Program-made: the position numbers and the translations under genes
The notes under the pieces: model-generated
Database searches by the model: none
What the model was told of the DNA's origin: nothing
Seen by the model: the letters and a program-made list of their open reading frames with translations, nothing else
IMG/VR virus record: IMGVR_UViG_3300035188_001315
Length of the DNA: 64,000 nucleotides
From: a virus
Lineage: Duplodnaviria > Heunggongvirae > Uroviricota > Caudoviricetes
Direction: 5' to 3' (one strand)
In this document: positions 49,035 through 57,975 of the stretch, in pieces
Layout of the letters: every line of letters starts with the position of its first letter
Position numbering within the stretch: position 1 is the first letter of the stretch

Positions 49035-49253
49035 ATGGCTAAAATTAACTTAGATGTAAACTTGTCAACAGAACAATTAATCGTTGCGTTAAAAGACGGA
49101 ATCGAACAATTAGAATTATACGACCACTGTACGATAGAATTAGGTGGGGACGTAGTAATTCAATTAGCATCACCCAGAGCAAAAAGGTTTAGTTTACACG
49201 CGGTAGATTGTGTTAAATATTCTTTGGCAACTGATGTAAATAGTCCTTCATAA
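49035..49253 (+). CDS. hypothetical protein
   Basis: ORF with GAGAAAAATGG RBS. Confidence 0.35.
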   Translation: MAKINLDVNLSTEQLIVALKDGIEQLELYDHCTIELGGDVVIQLASPRAKRFSLHAVDCVKYSLATDVNSPS

Positions 49254-49380
49254 TCTAATAACACACGGTGATGAAAATGCAAACTTTTTGAGTGTGTATT
49301 AAAAAATTGTTAAAAAAGTGCTTGACAAACTTGCCAAAGTAAAGTATAATAATTCATACTTAATTAAACGGAGAAAAAAA

Positions 49381-49587
49381 ATGATAGACGCAACTGGTAA
49401 AGAATTACAAATTGGTGATAAGGTTGTAACTAATCAGAATGATATTCGATTAGTTGTTGGTATTGTTGAAAGTTTCACTGAAGGTTTTACTGCACAGAAA
49501 GTCAAAATTAGATTAACATCCATATCAGGTGAGTATAGCGATTATACCTGTTTAAAATTCCCTGATCAATGTGCAAAAGTAGATTAA
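49381..49587 (+). CDS. hypothetical protein (68 aa)
   Basis: First gene carrying the conserved promoter/leader cassette (aaaaagtgcTTGACA ... TATAAT ... catacttaat ... cGGAGA ... ATG). Confidence 0.45.
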   Translation: MIDATGKELQIGDKVVTNQNDIRLVVGIVESFTEGFTAQKVKIRLTSISGEYSDYTCLKFPDQCAKVD

Positions 49588-49632
49588 AAAAGTGCTTGCT
49601 TTGTTCAAGCGGATAAGGTATAATGAATCATA

Positions 49633-49792
49633 ATTAAATTAAACGCTTTCAGGACGGCTTTGCTGGTGACCGAATCCAGCTTAACGATAGTTTGGCGAGT
49701 AGGGTGGTTCCTATGGTCTGGACTAATCGGGATACCATACTGCTGACCACAGTTACTGGCGAAAACCCAGTGCCGTCCTGAAAGCGTTTCTA
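49633..49792 (+). ncRNA. GC-rich structured leader RNA closed by a 15-bp perfect stem
   Basis: cgctttcaggacggc at 49636-49650 pairs with gccgtcctgaaagcg at 49775-49789. The ~120 nt between are about 50 percent GC with internal hairpins (GCUGG ... CCAGC, UAUGGU ... ACCAUA). Transcribed from the TATAAT at about 49617. Confidence 0.45.
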
Positions 49793-49808
49793 CAATAGCG
49801 GAGGGAAA

Positions 49809-49964
49809 ATGAATAATGAATTGCGACAAGATGTACTTAGATTAAAAGACGAGTTGTCTAAACGAGCATTTGATGAAAATCAAGAAGTCAAAAATAGCGA
49901 TTTGGCTGAGGTGGTTTGGAAATTAAATAGTTGCCTTGGCCAAGGCTATCCTAGAAAAAAATAA
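49809..49964 (+). CDS. hypothetical protein (51 aa)
   Basis: Short ORF with GGAGGGAAA RBS immediately after the structured leader. Confidence 0.35.
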   Translation: MNNELRQDVLRLKDELSKRAFDENQEVKNSDLAEVVWKLNSCLGQGYPRKK

Positions 49965-49977
49965 TAGCGGCCGGGAA

Positions 49978-50190
49978 ATGAATATAAAAAATAAATTTAT
50001 CGAGAATACATTTTTGTTTATTGTGATACATTTGTATTGTTTAATTGCTATGCCTTGGCATATCTATCAAATAAAACAGCGAGATAAACAAAACCAAAAA
50101 TCACAAATTACAAAAGAAATGATGGATAAAAAAATTCAAGATTTAAATAAATTTTACGGTAAAAAGTGCTTGACAAACTCGACAAAGTAA
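49978..50190 (+). CDS. small membrane protein
   Basis: TM helix; 3 prime end runs into next promoter. Confidence 0.3.
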   Translation: MNIKNKFIENTFLFIVIHLYCLIAMPWHIYQIKQRDKQNQKSQITKEMMDKKIQDLNKFYGKKCLTNSTK

Positions 50191-50224
50191 AGTATAATGA
50201 ATCATAATTAAAGAGGAGAGGAAA

Positions 50225-50482
50225 ATGGCTAGAGAAACCACTCAACAATATATCGATAGATATTGGAGAAAAGTGTTTAATAAATCTACAACTAAAGATA
50301 GATTAATTGAAATGGGATTAAAAATTGATCAACATGAGTTCAACCTACAAAGACTTAACAGTCGTGTTAAGTCACTGGTAACTGTTTTAGATGATGTAGG
50401 TAAATTACTCGAAGAACAAATGTCTTTGTTAAATAAAGCCGAGACTCATATAGATAATGCAATAAAAATTTTACAGGAATGA
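50225..50482 (+). CDS. hypothetical coiled-coil protein (85 aa)
   Basis: ORF after cassette promoter at about 50170, RBS GAGGAGAGG. Confidence 0.45.
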   Translation: MARETTQQYIDRYWRKVFNKSTTKDRLIEMGLKIDQHEFNLQRLNSRVKSLVTVLDDVGKLLEEQMSLLNKAETHIDNAIKILQE

Positions 50483-50596
50483 TGGTTTTATCAGTGGTAA
50501 TGTGGATGATGAATTTTGGTGCGGTCATGAATCTGGAGAGATTCAATTGGTGAGTGATGTGCTAAGTGAACGTGGTATTACCTGATGGGAGGAATA

Positions 50597-50827
50597 ATGT
50601 CCGAAACAGCGTTTCTAATATGTTGGATGATTGTAGGTTTAGTAATTGTAGACTTAATATTTCAGTATCTAGATAATGTGAATGACCTAATTAAAAAACG
50701 ATGGTTGAGAATCACTATAAAAAGTATTGGATTAGTAGCCTGGCCATTTTATCTTATGCTAATAGGTGTAGGTGTGGCAATTACGTTCATCTTAGAAAGT
50801 GATATTTTTAAAAGATTCTTTGAATAA
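50597..50827 (+). CDS. small membrane protein
   Basis: Two TM helices; GGGAGG RBS. Confidence 0.45.
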   Translation: MSETAFLICWMIVGLVIVDLIFQYLDNVNDLIKKRWLRITIKSIGLVAWPFYLMLIGVGVAITFILESDIFKRFFE

Positions 50828-50901
50828 ACTTTTAAAAACTCTTGTCATTCAATGTTGGTTGTAATATAATAATTCTTATTTAATAACATCGGAGATAAAA
50901 A

Positions 50902-51036
50902 ATGAAAGATTTTCAAACAGAAATTCATTTGATGTTCACTGTTGGTGGATGCACAATGGCACAGATTGCCGCCTCACAAGGTTTAACCCTAGATGAAGTG
51001 GAAAACATTATTAAATTCATGTCATCATTGGGTTAA
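50902..51036 (+). CDS. hypothetical protein (44 aa)
   Basis: Short ORF after cassette-type promoter at about 50838 with cGGAGAtaaaaaATG leader. Confidence 0.3.
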   Translation: MKDFQTEIHLMFTVGGCTMAQIAASQGLTLDEVENIIKFMSSLG

Positions 51037-51038
51037 GT

Positions 51039-51182
51039 ATGAATTTCACCCAGGCAGAAATAGATCTAATTAAATCGGCTATACAATATACTATGGAGCA
51101 TGGGTATGTATGGCGAGATGAAGAAGAAGAACGAGAATACCAAAATTTTAAAAAACTGTTAGATAAATTGAACACCAATTAA
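51039..51182 (+). CDS. hypothetical protein (47 aa), paralogue of 53286-53438
   Basis: Both share a conserved ML(E/M)xGY aromatic core and a C-terminal YQxxxxLLD block. Confidence 0.3.
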   Translation: MNFTQAEIDLIKSAIQYTMEHGYVWRDEEEEREYQNFKKLLDKLNTN

Positions 51183-51201
51183 ATAGTGTGGGGAAATTAA
51201 A

Positions 51202-51408
51202 ATGGGCATTAAAGTTAAACAAGCACCTAACATTCCAGCTATCAAACATTGTTCAGAATGTGGTTCAGAGGCTCATTTAGTAGACTGGTATTTTCGTGGT
51301 ATGTGGGCGGTAATGTGTGATTACTGTCATAACAGTAATTCAGAATGTATTAGTAAGCATCGGGCAGTGTCTCGATGGAATAGAAAACAAGAAATGGAAA
51401 TGACTTAA
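51202..51408 (+). CDS. zinc-ribbon protein, Lar-like (possible restriction alleviation)
   Basis: IKHCSECGSEAHLVD ... AVMCDYCH: CxxC ... CxxC/H arrangement as in Lar-family small proteins. Confidence 0.35.
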   Translation: MGIKVKQAPNIPAIKHCSECGSEAHLVDWYFRGMWAVMCDYCHNSNSECISKHRAVSRWNRKQEMEMT

Positions 51409-51477
51409 TATTCTTTAAATCCGGTTTAATGATTCGTACCTAATAAATAATATTGATTTTAAAATAGGTGAGGAAAT

Positions 51478-51729
51478 ATGAAAACATTTAAACAACTTAA
51501 AGAAGACTTCGAAATGATTGAACTGCAGGAATCTGGAGATATTACCGATGAGATTAAAGATGGTAAAGATCGTCGGGCAGCAAAAGGATTGTTGAACATG
51601 CATAACGATGAACTTAAAAAAAGTAGAATGGCAAAGAGCCCTACTAAAAAATCTCACCATGCAGATATGGCCGATCAGCATTTACAAGGGGTACATGATA
51701 TTCTACGAAAGCACAACCTGATTGATTAA
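51478..51729 (+). CDS. hypothetical protein (83 aa)
   Basis: ORF with GGTGAGGAAAT RBS; terminator at 51733-51760. Confidence 0.45.
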   Translation: MKTFKQLKEDFEMIELQESGDITDEIKDGKDRRAAKGLLNMHNDELKKSRMAKSPTKKSHHADMADQHLQGVHDILRKHNLID

Positions 51730-51844
51730 TTTAAAAGGGGTATTAAATATCCCTTTTTTTATGTCTTTTTTTTTAAAAAACTCTTGACATTAGTTGCCCG
51801 GTAAGGTATAATGATTCATACTTAATGAATTGGAGATAAAAAAA

Positions 51845-51931
51845 ATGAATGAAGCAGCATTGGAAAGAATGTTTGAATATGTGGTAGCTGGTACGGCGGT
51901 ATTCATTGTGGTAACAATACTCGGTATGTAA
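51845..51931 (+). CDS. 28-aa transmembrane peptide (family member 1)
   Basis: MNEAALERMFEYVVAGTAVFIVVTILGM directly after a cassette promoter/leader; paralogue at 57166. Confidence 0.35.
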   Translation: MNEAALERMFEYVVAGTAVFIVVTILGM

Positions 51932-51986
51932 AAGTTTCAATCAAAAATAAATCGGCACACTATCTTAATAAATTGGAGAAGCAAAA

Positions 51987-52244
51987 ATGATCAAATATAA
52001 AACTATAAAAAATTATGTAATCACAGAATTTGACAGAGAAGTTTCAAAACACCTAAATGATGGATGGCAAATAACCGGTGGTATTTCGGTCACTGTAAAT
52101 CTAAGTAATGAAGCTTTGTATTTCGTGGGCATGACTAAAACCGAAGTAGAAGAAAAAGAAACTAACCAAACTGTGTCACCTATTACCACACAACAACGTG
52201 ATACGATGTTGGCTGGAATAACCACTAATCGTAGATACCTATAA
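51987..52244 (+). CDS. DUF1737-like small phage protein
   Basis: MIKYKTIKNY ... EFDREVSKHLNDGWQITGG pattern; GGAGAAG RBS. Confidence 0.5.
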   Translation: MIKYKTIKNYVITEFDREVSKHLNDGWQITGGISVTVNLSNEALYFVGMTKTEVEEKETNQTVSPITTQQRDTMLAGITTNRRYL

Positions 52245-52266
52245 CAGTCCTCTATTGGTAAACAAA

Positions 52267-52458
52267 ATGAATAAAAAATTTAATTTTGATAACAAGCAAG
52301 AATGGTTAGATGCGGTGAAAGATCTGGGTTTAAAAATATATTACTGGGGAAATAACAGCATGGAAGTGTATGACGAAAATGATAGAGTAGCGGGTAGCTG
52401 GGTTGCTGAGTTTGATTGCAACAATGGTACTAGACCTTATGGTTGGTTGAGAAGTTAA
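52267..52458 (+). CDS. hypothetical protein
   Basis: ORF. Confidence 0.4.
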   Translation: MNKKFNFDNKQEWLDAVKDLGLKIYYWGNNSMEVYDENDRVAGSWVAEFDCNNGTRPYGWLRS

Positions 52459-52492
52459 AAAGCCCAATCAAACTTATTCTGGAGATAGAAAA

Positions 52493-52708
52493 ATGCAAGT
52501 AACTAAAAATACCACTTACCACATTAAATTTTGCGTTGTTAGTTTTGAAGGAACCGAAGGTGGGATGTGTGTCGATCATTTTGGTGATGAAGTAGATACA
52601 ATAGCAGAAGCTTTGGATTTGTTAGAAACTGCCAACGCTAAAGATTCCAGTGCTGATTGGAGAATCTGTTTAAATGTAGATAAAAAAATATCAAAAATAT
52701 CGGGTTAA
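52493..52708 (+). CDS. hypothetical protein (71 aa)
   Basis: ORF with GGAGATAG RBS. Confidence 0.45.
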   Translation: MQVTKNTTYHIKFCVVSFEGTEGGMCVDHFGDEVDTIAEALDLLETANAKDSSADWRICLNVDKKISKISG

Positions 52709-52742
52709 GCCCAACATCTTTATTTTTAAAAGAGGAAATTAT

Positions 52743-53057
52743 ATGGATGCTTTAAAAGCATTTGATGCAATCAAAAATGAATTTGGTGTACTAATCGCAT
52801 TGAGTGTTCTCCAAATCCACACTATTAATATGGTAACGAAAGTTAAAAAATCTGACATGGGTGCTAAATCAAATAGAACTGAAAGAGTTCTAAAGAAAGC
52901 AAAAAAATTGCTAAGTGGTATTTCGGATGACGAATACGAATTGGCATTGAAAGTGTGGTCAGTATTACATGACTGGGATGTGCGTCAAAATTTAAAAGGG
53001 CTTGGTGGTTGTGAAACCAAAACATTTTTAGAGTTGATAGTTAGTACCACACCATAG
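52743..53057 (+). CDS. hypothetical protein (104 aa)
   Basis: ORF with AGAGGAAA RBS. Confidence 0.45.
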   Translation: MDALKAFDAIKNEFGVLIALSVLQIHTINMVTKVKKSDMGAKSNRTERVLKKAKKLLSGISDDEYELALKVWSVLHDWDVRQNLKGLGGCETKTFLELIVSTTP

Positions 53058-53081
53058 TTGTACGACAGAGCAGGGGGTGAA

Positions 53082-53270
53082 ATGAAAAATCCAAATAAAA
53101 AAATGTTTGAAGTGAAATTTGAAAAATCAAACCATTTTTCAAAAAATGGGGTTGTTGCTTGTTATGATCACATTCAAGCATACGATGAAAAAGATGCTTT
53201 AATCATAGCAGTTTTAAAGCATGGTAACGGTATCACTATCACCCATGTATTAGAAGATGATAACGAATAA
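53082..53270 (+). CDS. hypothetical protein
   Basis: ORF with GGGGGTGAA RBS. Confidence 0.4.
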   Translation: MKNPNKKMFEVKFEKSNHFSKNGVVACYDHIQAYDEKDALIIAVLKHGNGITITHVLEDDNE

Positions 53271-53285
53271 AAGTTGGGTGTTGGA

Positions 53286-53438
53286 ATGAGTGATGATTTC
53301 AATGCAGAGGAACTGGACCTATTGTTTATTGCTCTTTGTCACATGCTCGAAACAGGTTATCCAGTACAGAGAGCTTCCGAGATTGAAACAGAATACCAAA
53401 AAATGTTAGATTTACTGGTAAAAGTATTTGACAAATGA
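53286..53438 (+). CDS. hypothetical protein (50 aa)
   Basis: Short ORF, paralogue of 51039-51182. Confidence 0.3.
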   Translation: MSDDFNAEELDLLFIALCHMLETGYPVQRASEIETEYQKMLDLLVKVFDK

Positions 53439-53502
53439 CTTTTGATTTGCTATAATAACCCATAGTTGAAAAAACCAGTTTAATTTTTTGGAGAATAACA
53501 AA

Positions 53503-53745
53503 ATGAATACTTTACACCATAACCACTTTGTTAATTTAGTAAAGGAAGGCAAAGATCTTAGAACGTTGTTAAAAGAAAGTAAAAAAATTAAAATGGAATC
53601 CGATGTAAATTGGTTAATCATTGAGGCAGTTCCCTTTGATGAAGATATGTTGTATTGTTATGATGAAGTAACCTTTGAACAATATGTAATCCCATTTAAA
53701 TACATCAATAAAAACACAACAGAATTTGCTACCATCGGTCAATAA
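53503..53745 (+). CDS. small protein, paralogue of 48019-48252
   Basis: Shared LIIEAVPFDEDMLYCYDE block; GGAGAATAAC RBS. Confidence 0.45.
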   Translation: MNTLHHNHFVNLVKEGKDLRTLLKESKKIKMESDVNWLIIEAVPFDEDMLYCYDEVTFEQYVIPFKYINKNTTEFATIGQ

Positions 53746-53773
53746 AATCACACAATTAAACGGAGAAAATAAA

Positions 53774-53920
53774 ATGAATATTACTCAAATGTACGAAAGT
53801 TTAATCGCTGGTGAAACCACTTTGGATCAGTTTGAAATCTGGATCTGGGAACGTGAAAATATGGCTTCATATTACACGTCTTGTGCTTTACATGAACAAA
53901 CAAATGAATTGGAAGAATAG
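53774..53920 (+). CDS. hypothetical protein
   Basis: ORF with cGGAGAaaataaaATG. Confidence 0.35.
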   Translation: MNITQMYESLIAGETTLDQFEIWIWERENMASYYTSCALHEQTNELEE

Positions 53921-53977
53921 CTTGATTTTTGTTTTCTGATGTGTTACAATGAATCATAATTTAATAGGAGATCCAAA

Positions 53978-54064
53978 ATGAAAAATGTTATTGAGTGGTT
54001 ACAATTGGTGGTTATTGGTTTAGGTATGGCGGTTGTGTTTGCTGGTTGGTGGTTGGGTTATTAA
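53978..54064 (+). CDS. 28-aa transmembrane peptide
   Basis: MKNVIEWLQLVVIGLGMAVVFAGWWLGY after TTGATT-17-TACAAT promoter and AGGAGAT RBS. Confidence 0.3.
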   Translation: MKNVIEWLQLVVIGLGMAVVFAGWWLGY

Positions 54065-54110
54065 GAAGAAGCCTCCTAGGCAATCAATCTTAATTCTCGG
54101 AGAAATAAAA

Positions 54111-54341
54111 ATGAATAACGAAGAACTACAAGCAAAGTTTGATGTGTTTGAAGATGTGGTTAGAGAACACAGTAAGCGTGAAACGGTCGGTGAAGGTGAA
54201 GTTTGTTATCCCTTTCTTGCGGGTTACCTTCCCTCGTTCTACAGTAGTTTGCTCACAGACTTAGAACTAACTAATGAACAGATTAAAAAAGTTAATGCCC
54301 GAATTGATTACCACATAGATAAATTAGTACAGATAAATTAA
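54111..54341 (+). CDS. hypothetical protein
   Basis: ORF with cGGAGAaataaaaATG. Confidence 0.4.
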   Translation: MNNEELQAKFDVFEDVVREHSKRETVGEGEVCYPFLAGYLPSFYSSLLTDLELTNEQIKKVNARIDYHIDKLVQIN

Positions 54342-54423
54342 TTCAATTATTCAAAAAAAGTTCTTGACATTGTATGGTTGATTAGGTATAATTACCCATA
54401 CTTAACAAAACGGAGAAGTAAAA

Positions 54424-54603
54424 ATGTTTAAATTAGTAATCACATTAATGTTTCACATTTCAACACCAGCTACAATCAGCACATTTGAGTACGATTCGTT
54501 AACAGACTGCTTGAAACACAGAGAAGAAAAAGTTCAAGTTCTTGATAAAATGAATCAAGAGTCAATCATCATTGGTTACAGTGCTGTTTGTGGTAAAGCG
54601 TAA
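54424..54603 (+). CDS. small secreted protein (59 aa)
   Basis: Cassette promoter at about 54364; hydrophobic N-terminus, two Cys; resembles 28652-28840. Confidence 0.35.
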   Translation: MFKLVITLMFHISTPATISTFEYDSLTDCLKHREEKVQVLDKMNQESIIIGYSAVCGKA

Positions 54604-54790
54604 TTTATTGATAAACAGGTGAAGGGAATGGTTGTTAATGAATTAATCGAAAAATTAAACCAAACCAAAAATAAAAATTTAGAAGTATTGATGGACCCCT
54701 TACAGAATCATAACTAGAAATCATAACTAAAAATCATAAGTAGGAGCATATTAATATGCTCCTTTTTTAACGACTGAGAGATCATTTACT

Positions 54791-55165
54791 ATGTTACAAT
54801 TATTCAAAACTCTACTTTCAAAACCATTATCTGCAAGTGAATTGCGAGAAAAAGCAGAAAAGGTAAAATCTAAAAATATGGTGATTGGTGCTAAAAAATT
54901 AATTGATTCAATTGATAACACCCTGATTGAAAGATCTGAACAAGGTGTTAAATCTGGAATCATTTCAGTTTATTCGTCGTTTAGTGGTTACATATTACAA
55001 GAAGGAAAATTGTGCACCCTAACGTATGTGGCGGCCGATGCTGACATTCTCAAAGTCGTAACTGCCAAATGTGTCGATGAATATCGTAGTCGGGGTTATG
55101 ATGTAACCGTTGACCGAGTTGAAAGAGAAGATGGAAAATTTCAAATCATCACTATAGCATGGTAA
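54791..55165 (+). CDS. hypothetical protein (124 aa)
   Basis: ORF after terminator hairpin at 54741-54768. Confidence 0.45.
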   Translation: MLQLFKTLLSKPLSASELREKAEKVKSKNMVIGAKKLIDSIDNTLIERSEQGVKSGIISVYSSFSGYILQEGKLCTLTYVAADADILKVVTAKCVDEYRSRGYDVTVDRVEREDGKFQIITIAW

Positions 55166-55178
55166 CGAGGTGATTAAA

Positions 55179-55577
55179 ATGGCGTATCGCTCTACCATTG
55201 CCATTGCGGTATACGGAAACAAAGGAAAATTAACCGAGTTAAAATCCTACTATTTGCGTGAAGTGGAAAAGTTAAATGATCCCGATGTGATCGATGATTT
55301 AAATACTATGATTAGTGCAAGCATCAACCATACAGGGAAACCTATTTGGGATGACGAATCCGGTGAATTTTTCTTCTACGCCACTAGGGTAATATGGTGG
55401 CCGAGGTATCCTACTGTTAGTTTATTTGATGGAATATTTGAGAAATCACAAGAGCTAGGATTGTATGCAGAATCGATTCGCATTGGAGATGAATTAAAAG
55501 ATATTGAGGTACATTATGCTGATGGTGATGCCGAATGTGAGCGTCGTTTAAAAGTGTCTAGAGCAATTTTATTTTAG
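55179..55577 (+). CDS. hypothetical protein
   Basis: ORF with GAGGTGAT RBS. Confidence 0.45.
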   Translation: MAYRSTIAIAVYGNKGKLTELKSYYLREVEKLNDPDVIDDLNTMISASINHTGKPIWDDESGEFFFYATRVIWWPRYPTVSLFDGIFEKSQELGLYAESIRIGDELKDIEVHYADGDAECERRLKVSRAILF

Positions 55578-55585
55578 CAGAAGAC

Positions 55586-55646
55586 TTGACATTTAACATC
55601 AAGTCAATTATAATAGCTCATACTTAATAAATTGGAGATACAGAAA
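55586..55646 (+). promoter_or_regulatory. promoter/leader cassette (representative of at least 12 copies)
   Basis: TTGACA (55586) - 17 - TATAAT (55609), then conserved leader agctcatacttaataaattggagatacagaaaATG. Near-identical copies at about 55918, 57600, 58182, 58914; related copies at 49321, 50170, 51784, 54364, 57095, 59866. Confidence 0.6.
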
Positions 55647-55910
55647 ATGAAAAAATTAATGGTTGCTTTGGTATTGATGGTAATCACTGGAGTGGTTGAA
55701 GCAAAAGGGTCTGCCGGTGCTGCGGGTCATGGTGGTGGTCATGCAGCATCAATCGTACATGTAGTTAGTGCGGGTCATGTAGTTACTTATGGGTCTGCCA
55801 ATAACCAATCCAATACAAATACCGGTGAATTAAAAGAGATGACAACAATCCAAAAGGTTCTTACTGGTGGAATTGTACTTTTATTTTTAGGTGCGTTTGT
55901 TAATCTTTAG
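55647..55910 (+). CDS. His-rich secreted C-terminally anchored mini-protein (family member 1)
   Basis: Signal peptide MKKLMVALVLMVITGVVEA, His-rich core GHGGGHAASIVHVVSAGHVV, C-terminal TM helix. Confidence 0.5.
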   Translation: MKKLMVALVLMVITGVVEAKGSAGAAGHGGGHAASIVHVVSAGHVVTYGSANNQSNTNTGELKEMTTIQKVLTGGIVLLFLGAFVNL

Positions 55911-55979
55911 ATCAGTACTTGACATTTAACATTAAAACAGTTATAATAAATCAAACTTAATAAATTGGAGATACAGAAA

Positions 55980-56150
55980 ATGATTAGAACTAAAGTGGAT
56001 AAATCAAAAGCCTGGTTCACAGGTGACAAAGTGTGGTTAGCACAAAATGATACTAAAACTAATCAAACCTACTTTGTTAGCAACACTGGTAACGAAATAA
56101 AAACAAGTGTACCGTGTAAAAATTATTCACAAAAACCATTTTCTTTTTAA
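55980..56150 (+). CDS. hypothetical protein
   Basis: ORF after cassette copy. Confidence 0.4.
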   Translation: MIRTKVDKSKAWFTGDKVWLAQNDTKTNQTYFVSNTGNEIKTSVPCKNYSQKPFSF

Positions 56151-56165
56151 ACCTCGGAGAAAAAA

Positions 56166-56411
56166 ATGAATATGACAGTTGCCGAGTTACTTGAAAAATT
56201 ATTAGCTAAAAATGTTTTGGTAACTTTTGAAAATGATATAGTAAATTATATTAACAATAAGTGTATTGTTAATGTCAATGGTAATATTATTAATGGGATT
56301 TTTCAATACGAAAATAAATCTATTTTCATTGAATTTGACGACCAGTCAGGTAATCAATATTATCCAGGGGAAATTGTTTCGGTTTATTTTTATCGACTAG
56401 AAGAATTATAA
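56166..56411 (+). CDS. hypothetical protein (81 aa)
   Basis: ORF with cGGAGAaaaaaATG. Confidence 0.4.
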   Translation: MNMTVAELLEKLLAKNVLVTFENDIVNYINNKCIVNVNGNIINGIFQYENKSIFIEFDDQSGNQYYPGEIVSVYFYRLEEL

Positions 56412-56489
56412 TTTTCGAGATAAGAAAGTGTTTGGCATTGTATGGTTGATTAGGTATAGTCCATCACACTATAAACCGGAGAAATGAAA

Positions 56490-56668
56490 ATGACTAATAA
56501 AATTAAATTTAAAACTATCATTAAATCTGACCATGACCATGTTTGACACCGAAGTCAACAGACACTTAAATGATGTGTGGAAATTACAGGGTAGCGTGGG
56601 CGTAGGAATTAACCCTTCTAATCGAAACTATTGCTATTCAATCGATGTTATTAAAGAGGTGGAGTAAG
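56490..56668 (+). pseudogene. frameshifted DUF1737-like paralogue
   Basis: MTNKIKFKTIIKSDHDHV-stop, then out of frame FDTEVNRHLNDVWKLQGSVG; both parts align to the 51987-52244 product. Upstream promoter degenerate (TTGGCA ... TATAGT). Confidence 0.45.
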
Positions 56669-56672
56669 CCTA

Positions 56673-56858
56673 ATGGAAAAGGATGATTTAATTGAACGTG
56701 CGGCACTAGCATTAGAAAAGGATAAAGTACGTCAATATGGTTGGTCTAAAAAAGAGTTCGAGATTTGGTGTTACTCTGATAATAGAGGAATAAAATCTTT
56801 TGCTGAGTCTAAAAAACAAGCAACAATTGTTTATGATATTATAAATGTGCTTACTTAA
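56673..56858 (+). CDS. hypothetical protein (61 aa)
   Basis: ORF. Confidence 0.4.
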   Translation: MEKDDLIERAALALEKDKVRQYGWSKKEFEIWCYSDNRGIKSFAESKKQATIVYDIINVLT

Positions 56859-56872
56859 TAACGGAGAACAAA

Positions 56873-57082
56873 ATGGCTTACACATACGCGGAATTTTGTC
56901 AATGGTTGGTATCGGGCGACAGCAACTCGCTAAGACAAGGACTCTACGTCAGTGTTGATGTTCGTAGAAATTTCTTACTAAAAGACCAAAATAAAATAAT
57001 TAGACACGGTGGCGTAATTAGTCCGGAATGGGAAAACATGGGCTCTGATGTTTATTTCGTAAAATTTGTTGGAAATGAATAA
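56873..57082 (+). CDS. hypothetical protein (69 aa)
   Basis: ORF with cGGAGAacaaaATG. Confidence 0.4.
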   Translation: MAYTYAEFCQWLVSGDSNSLRQGLYVSVDVRRNFLLKDQNKIIRHGGVISPEWENMGSDVYFVKFVGNE

Positions 57083-57165
57083 AAAAGTGCTTGACATTGT
57101 CGGAACACTAAGGTATAATGAATCATACTTAATTGAAAAGGCGTTAACGCCAAACGGAGAGAAAA

Positions 57166-57252
57166 ATGAATAACGAAATCCTAGAACAAGTGTTTGAATC
57201 TGTGTTAGCTGGAGCGTTTGTATTTATCGTTGTAACTGTTCTGAGCCTATAG
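57166..57252 (+). CDS. 28-aa transmembrane peptide (family member 2)
   Basis: MNNEILEQVFESVLAGAFVFIVVTVLSL after cassette promoter at about 57095. Confidence 0.35.
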   Translation: MNNEILEQVFESVLAGAFVFIVVTVLSL

Positions 57253-57262
57253 GAGAGACCTG

Positions 57263-57409
57263 ATGAAATATCAAGAATTTGTATTTGAAACTGCGTATGA
57301 TGCATGTGAGTTCGCCACAGAGTGTGGTGATAAATTCGTGAGATATAATGGTACCTCATGGAAAACTGAAGACGAAGGCGACTATGGCGTTGTGGTAGAA
57401 GGGGAATAA
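57263..57409 (+). CDS. hypothetical acidic protein (48 aa)
   Basis: Short ORF with GGAGAGACC RBS. Confidence 0.3.
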   Translation: MKYQEFVFETAYDACEFATECGDKFVRYNGTSWKTEDEGDYGVVVEGE

Positions 57410-57410
57410 T

Positions 57411-57605
57411 ATGCAAAGAGATTATTTAATCGATCGTATGAAACGCACGAATGCAAATGTTTTGAATTGCGTTGCTTGCTTACCGTTTTCTTTGGATTTA
57501 GACAAAGACCAACAAAAAATGATTGAAGAAATAGAATACATTTTGCTTCAGGCGTATGAACAAATTGATGATAAAATTGCTGAATATGCGTTAAAAAGTG
57601 CTTGA
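57411..57605 (+). CDS. hypothetical protein (64 aa)
   Basis: ORF; 3 prime end overlaps next cassette promoter. Confidence 0.35.
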   Translation: MQRDYLIDRMKRTNANVLNCVACLPFSLDLDKDQQKMIEEIEYILLQAYEQIDDKIAEYALKSA

Positions 57606-57662
57606 CAATCCATAACAGAACAATTATAATAGCTCATACTTAATAAATTGGAGATACAGAAA

Positions 57663-57920
57663 ATGAAAAAATTAATGGTTGCTTTGGTATTGATGGTAAT
57701 CACTGGAGTGGTTGAAGCAAAAGGGTCCACTGCTATTGCTCATGCCGGTATTGCCCATGCAACAGTTGCAAGTCATATGGTGGTTCATAATGTTAGTGGT
57801 CAAACCAATTCAACCACCACTGGTGAAAAATTATCAGATAAAGCTAGTACAACTATTACGGTTGCATTAATCTCACTTATTGCTATCGGGATAAGTGCTA
57901 TGGCTGGGTACAGTGAATAA
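57663..57920 (+). CDS. His-rich secreted C-terminally anchored mini-protein (family member 2)
   Basis: Identical signal peptide to member 1; core AIAHAGIAHATVASHMVVHNV; C-terminal TM. Confidence 0.5.
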   Translation: MKKLMVALVLMVITGVVEAKGSTAIAHAGIAHATVASHMVVHNVSGQTNSTTTGEKLSDKASTTITVALISLIAIGISAMAGYSE

Positions 57921-57975
57921 CAAAGTGTTTGACACTCTATAGTACATCAATCATAATAACTTCAGAGATAAAAAA

